From contig QEVM01000002.1 of NCBI GenBank assembly GCA_003576805.1, positions 5,666-69,665 of the forward strand: DNA of 64,000 bases, written 5' to 3'. The notes below the pieces were generated by a model. The model made no database searches. It worked only from the letters and a program-made list of their open reading frames with translations, and was not told where the DNA came from. A program made the translations under genes and the position numbers. Shown here piece after piece: positions 38,943-47,551 of the stretch (position 1 is the first letter of the stretch; each line of letters starts with the position of its first letter). This stretch comes from Pseudomonadota bacterium. Its GTDB lineage: Bacteria > Myxococcota_A > UBA9160 > PR03.

Positions 38943-39833
38943 ATGCTCGAGCGATCCACCGCCTCCGCACCCGACGAGCTGCTGCGCACCATCTCCGCCG
39001 ACGGCAGCGTGTCGGTGCGCGTCGTCGTCGCGACGCGGCTCGTGCGCGAGGCGGCGCGGCGGCACCAGACCGCGCCGACGGCGACGGTCGCGCTCGGGCG
39101 TGCGCTGATGGGGACGCTGCTGCTCGCGACCGAGGCGCAGGACGGCGAGCGCGTGCAGGTGCAGGTCCGCGGCGACGGCCCGCTCGGGACGATCACGGTG
39201 ACGGCGTCGAGCGCGGGCGACGTGCGCGGCTACGTCGCGCGGCCGGACACCGACCTGCCATTGCGGCGCGAGCGCTTCGACGTGCCGGGCGCGGTCGGGC
39301 TCGGCCTGCTCAGCGTCGAGCGCAACCACCCGTCGTGGAAGCAGCCCTACAACGGCATCGTGCCGCTCGTCTCGGGCGAGATCGCGACCGACCTCGCGCA
39401 CTACCTGCTCGAGAGCGAGCAGAAGCCGAGCGCGGTCGCGCTCGGCGTGTACGTCGGCGCGGGCGGCGAGGTGCAGGGCGCCGGCGGCTACCTCGTGCAG
39501 TCGCTGCCGGGCGCCGACGACGCCGCGCTGCGCGTGCTCGAGCAGCGCGTCGCCGCGCTCGTGCAGCCGTCGGCGCTCGTGCGCGAGGGCGCGGGCGCGA
39601 CCGCGCTGCTCGACCGCCTCGTCGGCGGCCTCGGCGCGCAGCCCGTGCAGCGCGTCCGCCCGCGCTTCCGCTGCTCGTGCAGCATGGAGCGCGTGCGCCG
39701 CGCGCTCGTCTTCCTCGGCGACGACGAGATCCGCGACATCCTCGCCAAGAACGAGACGCTCGAGGTGCGCTGCGAGTTCTGCGCCGAGATGTACTACGTG
39801 CCGCCCGACCGCGTCGCGGCGCTCGCCGGCTGA
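38943..39833 (+). CDS. hslO: Redox-regulated chaperone Hsp33
   Basis: ATG at 38943. Has the Hsp33 core and the C-terminal zinc centre FRCSCS...CEFCAEMY (CxCx...CxxC). Confidence 0.92.
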   Translation: MLERSTASAPDELLRTISADGSVSVRVVVATRLVREAARRHQTAPTATVALGRALMGTLLLATEAQDGERVQVQVRGDGPLGTITVTASSAGDVRGYVARPDTDLPLRRERFDVPGAVGLGLLSVERNHPSWKQPYNGIVPLVSGEIATDLAHYLLESEQKPSAVALGVYVGAGGEVQGAGGYLVQSLPGADDAALRVLEQRVAALVQPSALVREGAGATALLDRLVGGLGAQPVQRVRPRFRCSCSMERVRRALVFLGDDEIRDILAKNETLEVRCEFCAEMYYVPPDRVAALAG

Positions 39834-39849
39834 CGCGCGGGCGCGGCGC

Positions 39850-41205
39850 TCAGCCGGCGTCCGGAGCGGCGGCGCGGAGCCGGCGCTGCGCGACCGCGTG
39901 CCACACGAGCCCGGCGCCGATCCCCGCGAGGCCGGTGAGCCAGATCGCGGGCTCGACCCAGAACGCGAGCCCGAGGCACGAGGCGAGCCCGCAGGCCGGC
40001 ACCCAGCGGCCGTAGAGCCGCTGCTCCGCGGGAAGCCGCAGCGCCGCGAGATTGGTGAGGGCGTAGTAGACGAGCACCGTGAAGGCGCTCAGGGACCACG
40101 TCGTGCGCACGCTGCCCGTCAGCGTCAGCGCGGCGATCGCGCAGCCCACCGCGACGACCGCCGCGCGCGGCGAGCGCCGCTCGCCGCCGAGGCGCGCGAA
40201 GCGCCGCGGCATGTCGCCGCGGCGCGACATCGCGAGCAGCACGCGGGAGAGGCCGAGCAGGAGATTCAGCAGCACGCCGAGCATCGCGGTCACCGCGCCC
40301 GCGGCCACCAGCCACGCGACGGCCGGCACGCCGAAGCCGCGCGCGACGATCTCGAGCGGCGCGGCCGCGGCGCGCGTCGCCTCCGCGAGGCGCGGCGCAC
40401 CGGCCGCCGCCACCGCCACGAACGCGACGGCGACGTAGAGCGCCATCGTCGTGACGAGCGTCACGACGATCGCCTTCGGGATGCTGCGCGCGGGATCGCG
40501 GATTTCCTCGCCGAGGGTCGCGATGCGTCCGTATCCGGTGTAGGCCACGAACGCGAGCGCGGTGGCGTGCAGGAGATCGCGCCACGCGGCGCCGTCCCCG
40601 CCGTAGAAGTCGGCGAGGTGCGCGGGCGCGCCGCGCAGCGCCGACGGCAGGCCGGCCACGACGAAGGCCGCCAGCGCGAGCAGCGTGAGCGAGACGATCG
40701 CCGCGTTGGCGCGGCTCGAGCGCTGCATGCCGCTCGCGACGAGGAGCGTGAGTACGCCCACCGCCGCGAGCGCGAGCGCGACCTGCGCCGCGCCGCCCGC
40801 GTGCCCCAGCGCGCCGAGCACGTAGCCGGCGAAGCCGAGGGCCGCCGTCGCCGCGGAGGCCGACTTCGCGCACAGGAACGTCCAACCGGCCGTGAAGCCC
40901 GCCGCCGGGCCGAGGTAGCGGTAGCCGTACTCGTAGGTCCCGCCGCTCACGGGGTGGCTCGCCGCGAGCTGCGCGCTCGAGAGCCCATTGAACGTGGCGA
41001 CGGCCGCGGCGAGCGCGACCGCGAGAATGACGGAGGGCCCCGCGACGCCCGCCGCGAGACCGATGCTGACGAAGATCCCCGTTCCGAGGATCGAGCCGAG
41101 GCCCATGAGCACTGCCCCCGGCAGGCCGACGATGCGCGGGAGTGCGTCCGGCCCGTCGCCCGGCGCGGGCGCGGTCAGAGGTAGGGCTCCACGCGCTCGC
41201 GCCAC
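39850..41205 (-). CDS. APC-superfamily amino acid/organocation permease
   Basis: Has LPRIVGLPGAVLMGLGSILGTGIFV and a 12-TM APC pattern. The start is uncertain: GTG 41205 (31-bp overlap with the upstream gene) or CTG 41178. Confidence 0.85.
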   Translation of the reverse strand: MARARGALPLTAPAPGDGPDALPRIVGLPGAVLMGLGSILGTGIFVSIGLAAGVAGPSVILAVALAAAVATFNGLSSAQLAASHPVSGGTYEYGYRYLGPAAGFTAGWTFLCAKSASAATAALGFAGYVLGALGHAGGAAQVALALAAVGVLTLLVASGMQRSSRANAAIVSLTLLALAAFVVAGLPSALRGAPAHLADFYGGDGAAWRDLLHATALAFVAYTGYGRIATLGEEIRDPARSIPKAIVVTLVTTMALYVAVAFVAVAAAGAPRLAEATRAAAAPLEIVARGFGVPAVAWLVAAGAVTAMLGVLLNLLLGLSRVLLAMSRRGDMPRRFARLGGERRSPRAAVVAVGCAIAALTLTGSVRTTWSLSAFTVLVYYALTNLAALRLPAEQRLYGRWVPACGLASCLGLAFWVEPAIWLTGLAGIGAGLVWHAVAQRRLRAAAPDAG

Positions 41206-42170
41206 GCGGATTCCGGGTCGTCCAGCATCCCGAGCCGGCGCGCGCAGTCGTAGAGGAGCACGCGGTCGGAGCCGGGGCGGCGCGGCGCCTTCGGGTGCAC
41301 GGAGTCGGACGGCAGCCCGCCGGTGAGGTGGAGGAACTGCGCGGCGGCGTGCTTGTAGGCGGGGATGGGCTCGCGGAAGCCGACGTTGCCGAGGTGCTGG
41401 AGGTCGTCGTTGCGCGCGAGGAAGCCGACGTCGCCGGAGCCGAGCGCGGCGTCGCGCGCGGCGAAGCGCTCGGGCGCGAAGGTGGCGAGCCCGAGCAGGT
41501 AGTCGCTGCCGTAGACGACCAGGTCGATCGCGAGGTCGTTGCCGGTGTAGACGCTCCACGACGGCCGCGCGCGGTCGCGCGCCGCCAGCCGGCGCAGCTC
41601 GGTGGCGCGGTCGAGCGACGAGTGCTTCGCGCCGTGCAGCTCGGGGATCTCGAGCAGGCGCGCGAAGGTCTCGTCGTCCCAGATCTCGCCGTGCGGCGCG
41701 AAGCGCGGCGAGAGCTCGAAGGCGAGCGCGCCGTTCGCCGTCGCGGCCGCGACCTCCGCGTAGAGCGCCGCCTTCTGCGGCGCGGGGAGCAGCTTCATGC
41801 GCGGGCACTGCACGATCACCGGCGTGCCGCCGCGGCGCTCGATCGCGGCGATCGCCTCGCGGTACGCCGCGCCCGGATCCGCCGCGCCGAGCGCGTACGC
41901 GCCGGCGTAGAAGCCGCTGCCGGGCGGCAGCGCGCGGCGCGCGGCGTCGAGCACGGCCTCGCGCTCGGCGGGGGCGAGCAGGTCGCCGAAGCCGGTGTCC
42001 ATGTTCACGGCGACGTCGAGGCCGGCCTCGCGCGTGCGCGCGACGTGCGCCTCGAACGCGGCCCAGTCGATCGCGTCGTCGGCGCGGTACGGCAGCAGCG
42101 CGGCGGCGATGCCGTGCGGGCGCCGCAGCGACGCGCGCGCCCAGGTGTCCGTCAGCGTGGTCGGTCTCAT
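41175..42170 (-). CDS. DHDPS/N-acetylneuraminate-lyase-like TIM-barrel protein (divergent)
   Basis: ATG at 42170 gives MRPTTLTD. Has GIAAALLPYRADDAIDWAAFEAHVARTREAGLDVAVNMDTGFGDLL and a GAKHSS Lys context. The family assignment is moderate. Confidence 0.65.
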   Translation of the reverse strand: MRPTTLTDTWARASLRRPHGIAAALLPYRADDAIDWAAFEAHVARTREAGLDVAVNMDTGFGDLLAPAEREAVLDAARRALPPGSGFYAGAYALGAADPGAAYREAIAAIERRGGTPVIVQCPRMKLLPAPQKAALYAEVAAATANGALAFELSPRFAPHGEIWDDETFARLLEIPELHGAKHSSLDRATELRRLAARDRARPSWSVYTGNDLAIDLVVYGSDYLLGLATFAPERFAARDAALGSGDVGFLARNDDLQHLGNVGFREPIPAYKHAAAQFLHLTGGLPSDSVHPKAPRRPGSDRVLLYDCARRLGMLDDPESAWRERVEPYL

Positions 42171-43633
42171 GCGCGCGCCTTTCGCTTGGCGGCCTCGAGC
42201 GCGGCGTGCTCGGGGCGCTCGCGGTAGAAGCCGTCGAGCGGATAGCAGCCCGACACCAGCCCGTTGCGCGGCGCCGTCGTGCAGTCGCTGAAGGTGCGGC
42301 ACAGCTTGCCGCGCGCGAGCGCGCGGCCGGCGAGCGCGTCGGCCGGCAGCTCGGGATACGAGAGCGCCATGCGGCCGAGGCCGACGGCGTCGAACCAGCC
42401 GTCGCGCAGGCAGGCCTGCGCGACGTGCGAGATCCACTCCTGGAGGTACGTCCAGCCCGACGAGAGCACGATCGCGTCCGGCACCGCCTGCTTCAGCGCG
42501 CGCGCCGCGCCGAGCAGGCGCGCGACGCCGGCGAGCGGGTCCTCCGGCGGCGGATAGCCGTCGCTCGGCGGGAAGAGGGCGGGGCGCTGCGCGTGCGGCG
42601 CGTAGTACGGGCTCGCCGACGTGACGTTCACCCAGCGCACGCCGCGCGCGGCGAGCCCCTGCACGAACGCGATCGGCTCGGCGAGGTCGATGCGGCTCGG
42701 ATCCTCCGCGTCGATGCCGAAGCCGACGCCGTACGGCGTCGGGTGCGGCTCGGGCTCGCCGCGGCCGTGCGCGCCGCGCCGGTGCGGCACGACGTCGAAG
42801 AGCGAGAGCCGCACGCCGATCGCGAGCCGCGGCGCCGCGGCGCGCACGGCGTCGATCGTCGCGAAGGCGAGCCGCGTGCGGTCGGCGAGCGACGGGCCGC
42901 CCCAGCGGCCCGTGCGCGTGCGCGCCGAGAGGAACTCGTGCAGCAGGTAGCCGTGGCAGTGCTTCACGTCGACGAAGTCGTAGCCGCAGCGCTCGGCCAG
43001 CGCGGCGGCGCGCGCGAAGTCGTCGATCAGCGCGTCCACCTCGCCGTCGGCGAGCACGGCGGCGTCGTCGGCGATGCCGACGCGCGCGTCGAGGATCGGG
43101 TGCCGGTACGCGACGCGCGGCCGGCGGCGTCCCGGCTCCGGCACCGACCAGCGCCCGCTGTGCGTCAGCTGGAGGCCGACGACCGGCGCGGGATGCCCGC
43201 TGCGCCGCGCCTCGCCCAGCAGCGCCTCGCGCAGCGCCGCGAGCCCGCGCTCGGTGTGCGCGGCGGCGACGAGCTGGTGCGGGTTGGCGCGGCCGTCGGC
43301 GCGCACCGCGACCGCCTCGCCGCCCCAGATCCAGCCCGCGCCCGACGCACCGAAGCGTCGCCAGCGGCGCAGCGTCAGCTCGCCGGGATTGCCGTCCTCG
43401 CTGCCGTCCCAGCCCTCCATCGGCTGGACCGCGAAACGGTTGGGCGCGACGAGGTTCGACGCGCCGAGCGCGCCGCGCGGGCCGTCGCCGAGCGCGAGCG
43501 GCCGCGCGAGCGGCGCGTCCGCGCCGGTCTCGACGGCGTCGTCGCACGGCAGCTCCGCACCGATCGCGGCGAGCCGCGCGCGCAGCGCGGCGGGCGTGCG
43601 CAGCGACGCGACGCGCGGCCAACGCTCGCTCAC
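42167..43633 (-). CDS. NADH:flavin oxidoreductase, Old Yellow Enzyme-type TIM barrel
   Basis: GTG at 43633. Motifs NRFAVQPMEG, GLQLTHSGR and FDFVDVKHCHGYLLHEFLS. 488 aa. Confidence 0.85.
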   Translation of the reverse strand: MSERWPRVASLRTPAALRARLAAIGAELPCDDAVETGADAPLARPLALGDGPRGALGASNLVAPNRFAVQPMEGWDGSEDGNPGELTLRRWRRFGASGAGWIWGGEAVAVRADGRANPHQLVAAAHTERGLAALREALLGEARRSGHPAPVVGLQLTHSGRWSVPEPGRRRPRVAYRHPILDARVGIADDAAVLADGEVDALIDDFARAAALAERCGYDFVDVKHCHGYLLHEFLSARTRTGRWGGPSLADRTRLAFATIDAVRAAAPRLAIGVRLSLFDVVPHRRGAHGRGEPEPHPTPYGVGFGIDAEDPSRIDLAEPIAFVQGLAARGVRWVNVTSASPYYAPHAQRPALFPPSDGYPPPEDPLAGVARLLGAARALKQAVPDAIVLSSGWTYLQEWISHVAQACLRDGWFDAVGLGRMALSYPELPADALAGRALARGKLCRTFSDCTTAPRNGLVSGCYPLDGFYRERPEHAALEAAKRKARA

Positions 43634-44457
43634 GGCGCCTCCAGCTCCTGGAGCAGCGCGCGCAGCCACGCCGCGTCCTCCGCGAGCTTCGCCTCCACCG
43701 GCTTCGGCTCCCAGGAGAGGAACTCGATCGTGAGCGGGCCGGCGTAGCCCGCCGCGAACGCGGCGGCGAGGATCGCGCGGTAGTCGAGCACGCCGCGCGC
43801 GAGCGACGCGCCGGGCGGCATCGGCCCGCTGCCGTCCTTGGCCGGCTGCACGTTCTTCAGGTGGTAGTAGCGCGCGAGCGGAACGAGCCGGCGCGCGTCG
43901 TCGGGCTGCGCCGCGGCCTCGCGCTGCGGCAGCAGGTCGAGCACCTGGTAGTTGAGCGCGAAGTTCGGGCGAGCGACGGCGGCGAACAGGCGGTCGATAC
44001 GCGCGGGCGTGTCGGCAAACGAACCGGCGTGGCGCTCGACGACGACGTCGATGCCGGCGGGCGCGGCCGCGTCGCAGGCGGCGCGCAGCAGCGCGGCGAC
44101 CTCCGCGAAGCCCTCTTCGGGCGCGCCGGCGATCGGCTCGGCCCACACGCGCAGCAGCGGGGCGCCGAGCGCCTCGGCGATGCGCACCGCCTGCTCGGCC
44201 GCGCGCGCGTCCACCGCCGACGCACCGCCGACTTCGGCGCGGCCGAGGTACGAGCCGTACGCGATCACGCGCGCGCCGGCGTCGCGGACCGCGCGCGCCG
44301 TGGCGCGGTGCACGTCCAACGGCGCCGCGGGATCGACGTGCGGCGCGCGCGCGGTCGCCTCGATGCCGTCGAGCCCGCTCGCGACGGCGAGCTCGGCGAC
44401 CGCGGCGAGCGGGCGATCCATGGCGGAGATCGAGCACAGTCCCAGCAGATGTTTCAC
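43630..44457 (-). CDS. Sugar phosphate isomerase/epimerase (xylose-isomerase-like TIM barrel)
   Basis: GTG at 44457 (or ATG 44421). Its stop overlaps the OYE start (GTGA). The AP_endonuc_2-like pattern ends in PLTIEFL. Confidence 0.8.
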   Translation of the reverse strand: MKHLLGLCSISAMDRPLAAVAELAVASGLDGIEATARAPHVDPAAPLDVHRATARAVRDAGARVIAYGSYLGRAEVGGASAVDARAAEQAVRIAEALGAPLLRVWAEPIAGAPEEGFAEVAALLRAACDAAAPAGIDVVVERHAGSFADTPARIDRLFAAVARPNFALNYQVLDLLPQREAAAQPDDARRLVPLARYYHLKNVQPAKDGSGPMPPGASLARGVLDYRAILAAAFAAGYAGPLTIEFLSWEPKPVEAKLAEDAAWLRALLQELEAP

Positions 44458-45464
44458 GCGATCCGCTCCCAGTCCGCGAGCCGCACCTCGTGCGCGAGCG
44501 GCGCGCCCTGCGCGAGCCGCTCGATCTCGTCGATCGCGAGCGTCGCGAGGCGCTGCGTCTCGGCGCCCATCGCGCCCGCGACGTGCGGCGTCAGGAACAC
44601 GTTGGGCAGATCGTAGAGCGGCGACTCGGCGGGCAGGATCTCCGGATCGGTGGTGTCGATCACCGCGTCGATGCGCCCGCTCGCGAGCTCCGCCGCGAGC
44701 GCGTCGCCGTCCACCAGCGCGCCGCGCGCGGTGTTGACGAAGACGGCGCCGTCGCGCAGCAGCGCGAGGCGGCGCGCGTCGATCAGATGGCGCGTCGCGG
44801 GCAGCGACGGCGCGTGCAGCGAGACCACGTCGGAGCGGCGCAGCAGGTCGTCGATCTCCACCCACTCCGCGCCGAGCGACGCCGCCTCGGCGGCGGACAC
44901 GAACGGGTCGTGGAGGAGCAGCGCGAAGTCGAAGGCGCGCAGGCGCTCGAGCACGAGCCGGCCGATGCGCGAGGCGCCGACGACGCCGACCGTCTTCCCG
45001 TAGTTCCCGATCGCGGGCACCTCGCGCGGCCACATCCGGAAGCCGCGCACCTCGCGATAGAGCCGCTGCAGCCGGAACGCGCGCTTGCCGGCGAGCAGGA
45101 TCGCCGCGACGGTGAACTCCGCGACCGGCACCGCGTTGGCGGCCGCCGCCGACGACACGCGCACGCCGCGCGCCAGCACGTCGGGATCGACGTGGCCCTT
45201 CACCGTGCCGGCGGCGTGCACGACGGCGCGCAGCTTCGGCGCGCGGGCGAGCAGCGCCGCGTCGATGCGCGGCGAGCCCCAGCCCGTGAGCAGGATCTCC
45301 GCCTGCGGCAGCAGCGCGCCGGCGCGCGCGTCGTCGAAGCGGGCGAGCGGCGCGGCGTCGGGCACGTCGGCGATCGCGGCGAGGCGCGCGCGGTGCGCGT
45401 CGGTCATGAGCTCGGTCGTCAGCGCCGGCGCCATCGCCAGCACGACCGTCGGGCGCTGCGCCAC
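44454..45464 (-). CDS. D-isomer-specific 2-hydroxyacid dehydrogenase, NAD-binding
   Basis: 336 aa. Motifs GKTVGVVGASRIGRLV (Rossmann), NTARGALVD and TPHVAG. Confidence 0.9.
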   Translation of the reverse strand: MAQRPTVVLAMAPALTTELMTDAHRARLAAIADVPDAAPLARFDDARAGALLPQAEILLTGWGSPRIDAALLARAPKLRAVVHAAGTVKGHVDPDVLARGVRVSSAAAANAVPVAEFTVAAILLAGKRAFRLQRLYREVRGFRMWPREVPAIGNYGKTVGVVGASRIGRLVLERLRAFDFALLLHDPFVSAAEAASLGAEWVEIDDLLRRSDVVSLHAPSLPATRHLIDARRLALLRDGAVFVNTARGALVDGDALAAELASGRIDAVIDTTDPEILPAESPLYDLPNVFLTPHVAGAMGAETQRLATLAIDEIERLAQGAPLAHEVRLADWERIA

Positions 45465-45508
45465 GCTCGATCTCCCCGGGTTGCGCGGAGCCGCGTACAG
45501 TAGCCGAC

Positions 45509-47551
45509 GTGGATCGCGCGCTCGCCTGGCCCGCTTCGCTCCCGCCCGACGATCGCGAGCGCGCGCCGTACACCGGCTTCGCGCGCGCGCACTGGGAGCA
45601 CGTCGCGGACGCGCTGCTCGCCGGCGTGCGGCGCTTCGCGTCGCCGCGCGGCGCGCTGCTCGCGCTGCCCGGCGGCCCGACGAGCATGAACGGCGCGCGC
45701 TCCGACGGACTCGAAGGCTTCGCGCGCACGTTCCTGCTCGCGGCGTTCCGGCTGCGCGGCGCGGACGGGCGCGCGCCCGGCGATCTCGCCGCGCGCTGCG
45801 CCGACGGGCTCGCCGCGGGCACCGAGCCCGGCCACGACGAGAGCTGGCCGGCGATCACGCCGACCTCGCAGCCGATGGTCGAGGCGGCGTCGATCGCGCT
45901 CGCGCTCTTCGAGACGCGGCCGTGGATCTGGGACGCGCTGCCCGACGCGGTCAGGCAGCGCACCGTCGCGTGGCTCTCGACGTCGTTCACGGGGCCGGCG
46001 CACCCGAACAACTGGCTGCTGTTCCCCGTCGTGGTGGACGCGTTCCTCGCTTCCGTCGGCGCGCCGCACCGGCCCGATCTCGCGGAGCGCAACCTCGCGC
46101 TCGTCGACGCGATGTACCGGCGCGACGGCTGGTACAGCGACGGCCCGGGCCGCCACTACGACCACTACGTCGGCTGGGCCATCCACTTCTACACCGTCTG
46201 GTGGCTGCGGATGGGCGGCGCCGCGCGCGATCCGGCGCGCGCCGCCCGCACCCGCGCGCGCATCCGGCGCTTCCTCGAAGACTTCGAGCACCTCTTCGCC
46301 GCCGACGGCGCGCCGCTCCACCAGGGCCGCTCGCTGATCTACCGCTTCGCCGCCGCCGCGCCGCTGTGGGCGGGCGCGATCGCCGGCGCGACGCCGCTCG
46401 CTCCCGGCGCGACGCGCCGCATCGCGAGCGGCGCGCTCCGCCACTTCCTCGCGCACGGCGCGATCGAGGACGGCCTCCTCACGATGGGCTGGCACCGCGC
46501 GTTCCCCGCGATGGCGCAGCGCTACTCGGGGCCGGCGTCGCCGTACTGGGCGAGCAAGGGCTTCGCGGGGCTCGTGCTGCCGAGCGCGCACCCGGTGTGG
46601 ACGGACGTCGAGGCGCCGCTGGCGGTCGAGCGCGGCGACTTCTGCCGCGCGCTCTCCGAGCCCGGCTGGCTGGTGCGCGGCACGCGAGCCGACGGCGTCG
46701 TGCGCGTCGCGAACCACGGCAGCGATCACTTCCCCGCGATTCCGCTCGGCGCGAGCGCCGCGCACGGCGACGATCCCTTCTACCGCAAGCTCGGCTACGC
46801 CACGCACGCGGGCCCGTGTCTCGGCGCCGAGGCCGACGCCGCGGACTGCGACGCGCAGGTGTCGCTGCTCGACGAGGCGGGCGTCGCGTCGCGACGCGCG
46901 CGCATCCACCCGATCGCGTGCGCCGACCGCTTCGCGGCGTCGTGCTTCTTTCCGGGCGAGCGCCACGTGATCGGGACGCAGCCGTTCCCGCTCTGGCTGG
47001 AGCGCGTCGAGACGGTGTCGATCGCGCGCGGCGCGCTCGAGGTGCGCATCCACCACGCGATGGCGTACCGCCCGCGCCGGCTGCGCGACGGCGGCTACGC
47101 GCTCGCCGGCGACGCCGCGCCCGCCGTCGAGCGCGGGCCGGGCTGGTGCGCGGTGCGGCGCGCCGACGGGCTCGTGTCCGCCGTCGTCGGGCTGCACGGC
47201 TTCGGCGCGGCGGACGCCGTCCGCTTCGAGGACGCGAACGCGTTCGGCCGCCTCGCGGCGGCGCCGTTCCTGCTCGGCGCCGATCTCGTGGGGCCCGAAG
47301 CGGTCTACGTGTCGCTGCACGCGTTCGGCGCGCAGCCGTTCGAGCCGGACGCGCTGCGCGCCGAGGTGCGCGCGCTGCGGGTCCGCGGCCGCCTCGTCGA
47401 GCTCGCCTTCGCCGACGGCGAGCGCTGCCTCGTGCAGCTCGTCGCGGCGGATGCGATCGACGTCGCGCTCGGCGGCGTGCGCGTCGCGGGCGCGGTGCGC
47501 TTCGCGCGCCTCGCGGCCGACGGCGCGCTGTTCGTCCGGCTGGACGGATGA
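45509..47551 (+). CDS. DUF2264 domain protein (cytoplasmic, no signal peptide)
   Basis: 680 aa, GTG start. N-terminus ERAPYTGFARAHWEHVADALL...SDGLEGFARTFLLAAFRL matches the DUF2264 N-terminal pattern as I recall it. Confidence 0.8.
   Translation: MDRALAWPASLPPDDRERAPYTGFARAHWEHVADALLAGVRRFASPRGALLALPGGPTSMNGARSDGLEGFARTFLLAAFRLRGADGRAPGDLAARCADGLAAGTEPGHDESWPAITPTSQPMVEAASIALALFETRPWIWDALPDAVRQRTVAWLSTSFTGPAHPNNWLLFPVVVDAFLASVGAPHRPDLAERNLALVDAMYRRDGWYSDGPGRHYDHYVGWAIHFYTVWWLRMGGAARDPARAARTRARIRRFLEDFEHLFAADGAPLHQGRSLIYRFAAAAPLWAGAIAGATPLAPGATRRIASGALRHFLAHGAIEDGLLTMGWHRAFPAMAQRYSGPASPYWASKGFAGLVLPSAHPVWTDVEAPLAVERGDFCRALSEPGWLVRGTRADGVVRVANHGSDHFPAIPLGASAAHGDDPFYRKLGYATHAGPCLGAEADAADCDAQVSLLDEAGVASRRARIHPIACADRFAASCFFPGERHVIGTQPFPLWLERVETVSIARGALEVRIHHAMAYRPRRLRDGGYALAGDAAPAVERGPGWCAVRRADGLVSAVVGLHGFGAADAVRFEDANAFGRLAAAPFLLGADLVGPEAVYVSLHAFGAQPFEPDALRAEVRALRVRGRLVELAFADGERCLVQLVAADAIDVALGGVRVAGAVRFARLAADGALFVRLDG

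Noticed and set aside
45085-47547. N-terminal 821 codons of the 1502-aa ORF 45085..49593, which would fuse to paralogue A.
   Set aside because: That part is antisense to the 2-hydroxyacid dehydrogenase gene and out of frame with DUF2264, and it has shadow-frame composition. The ATG at 47548, overlapping the DUF2264 stop, is the sensible start.
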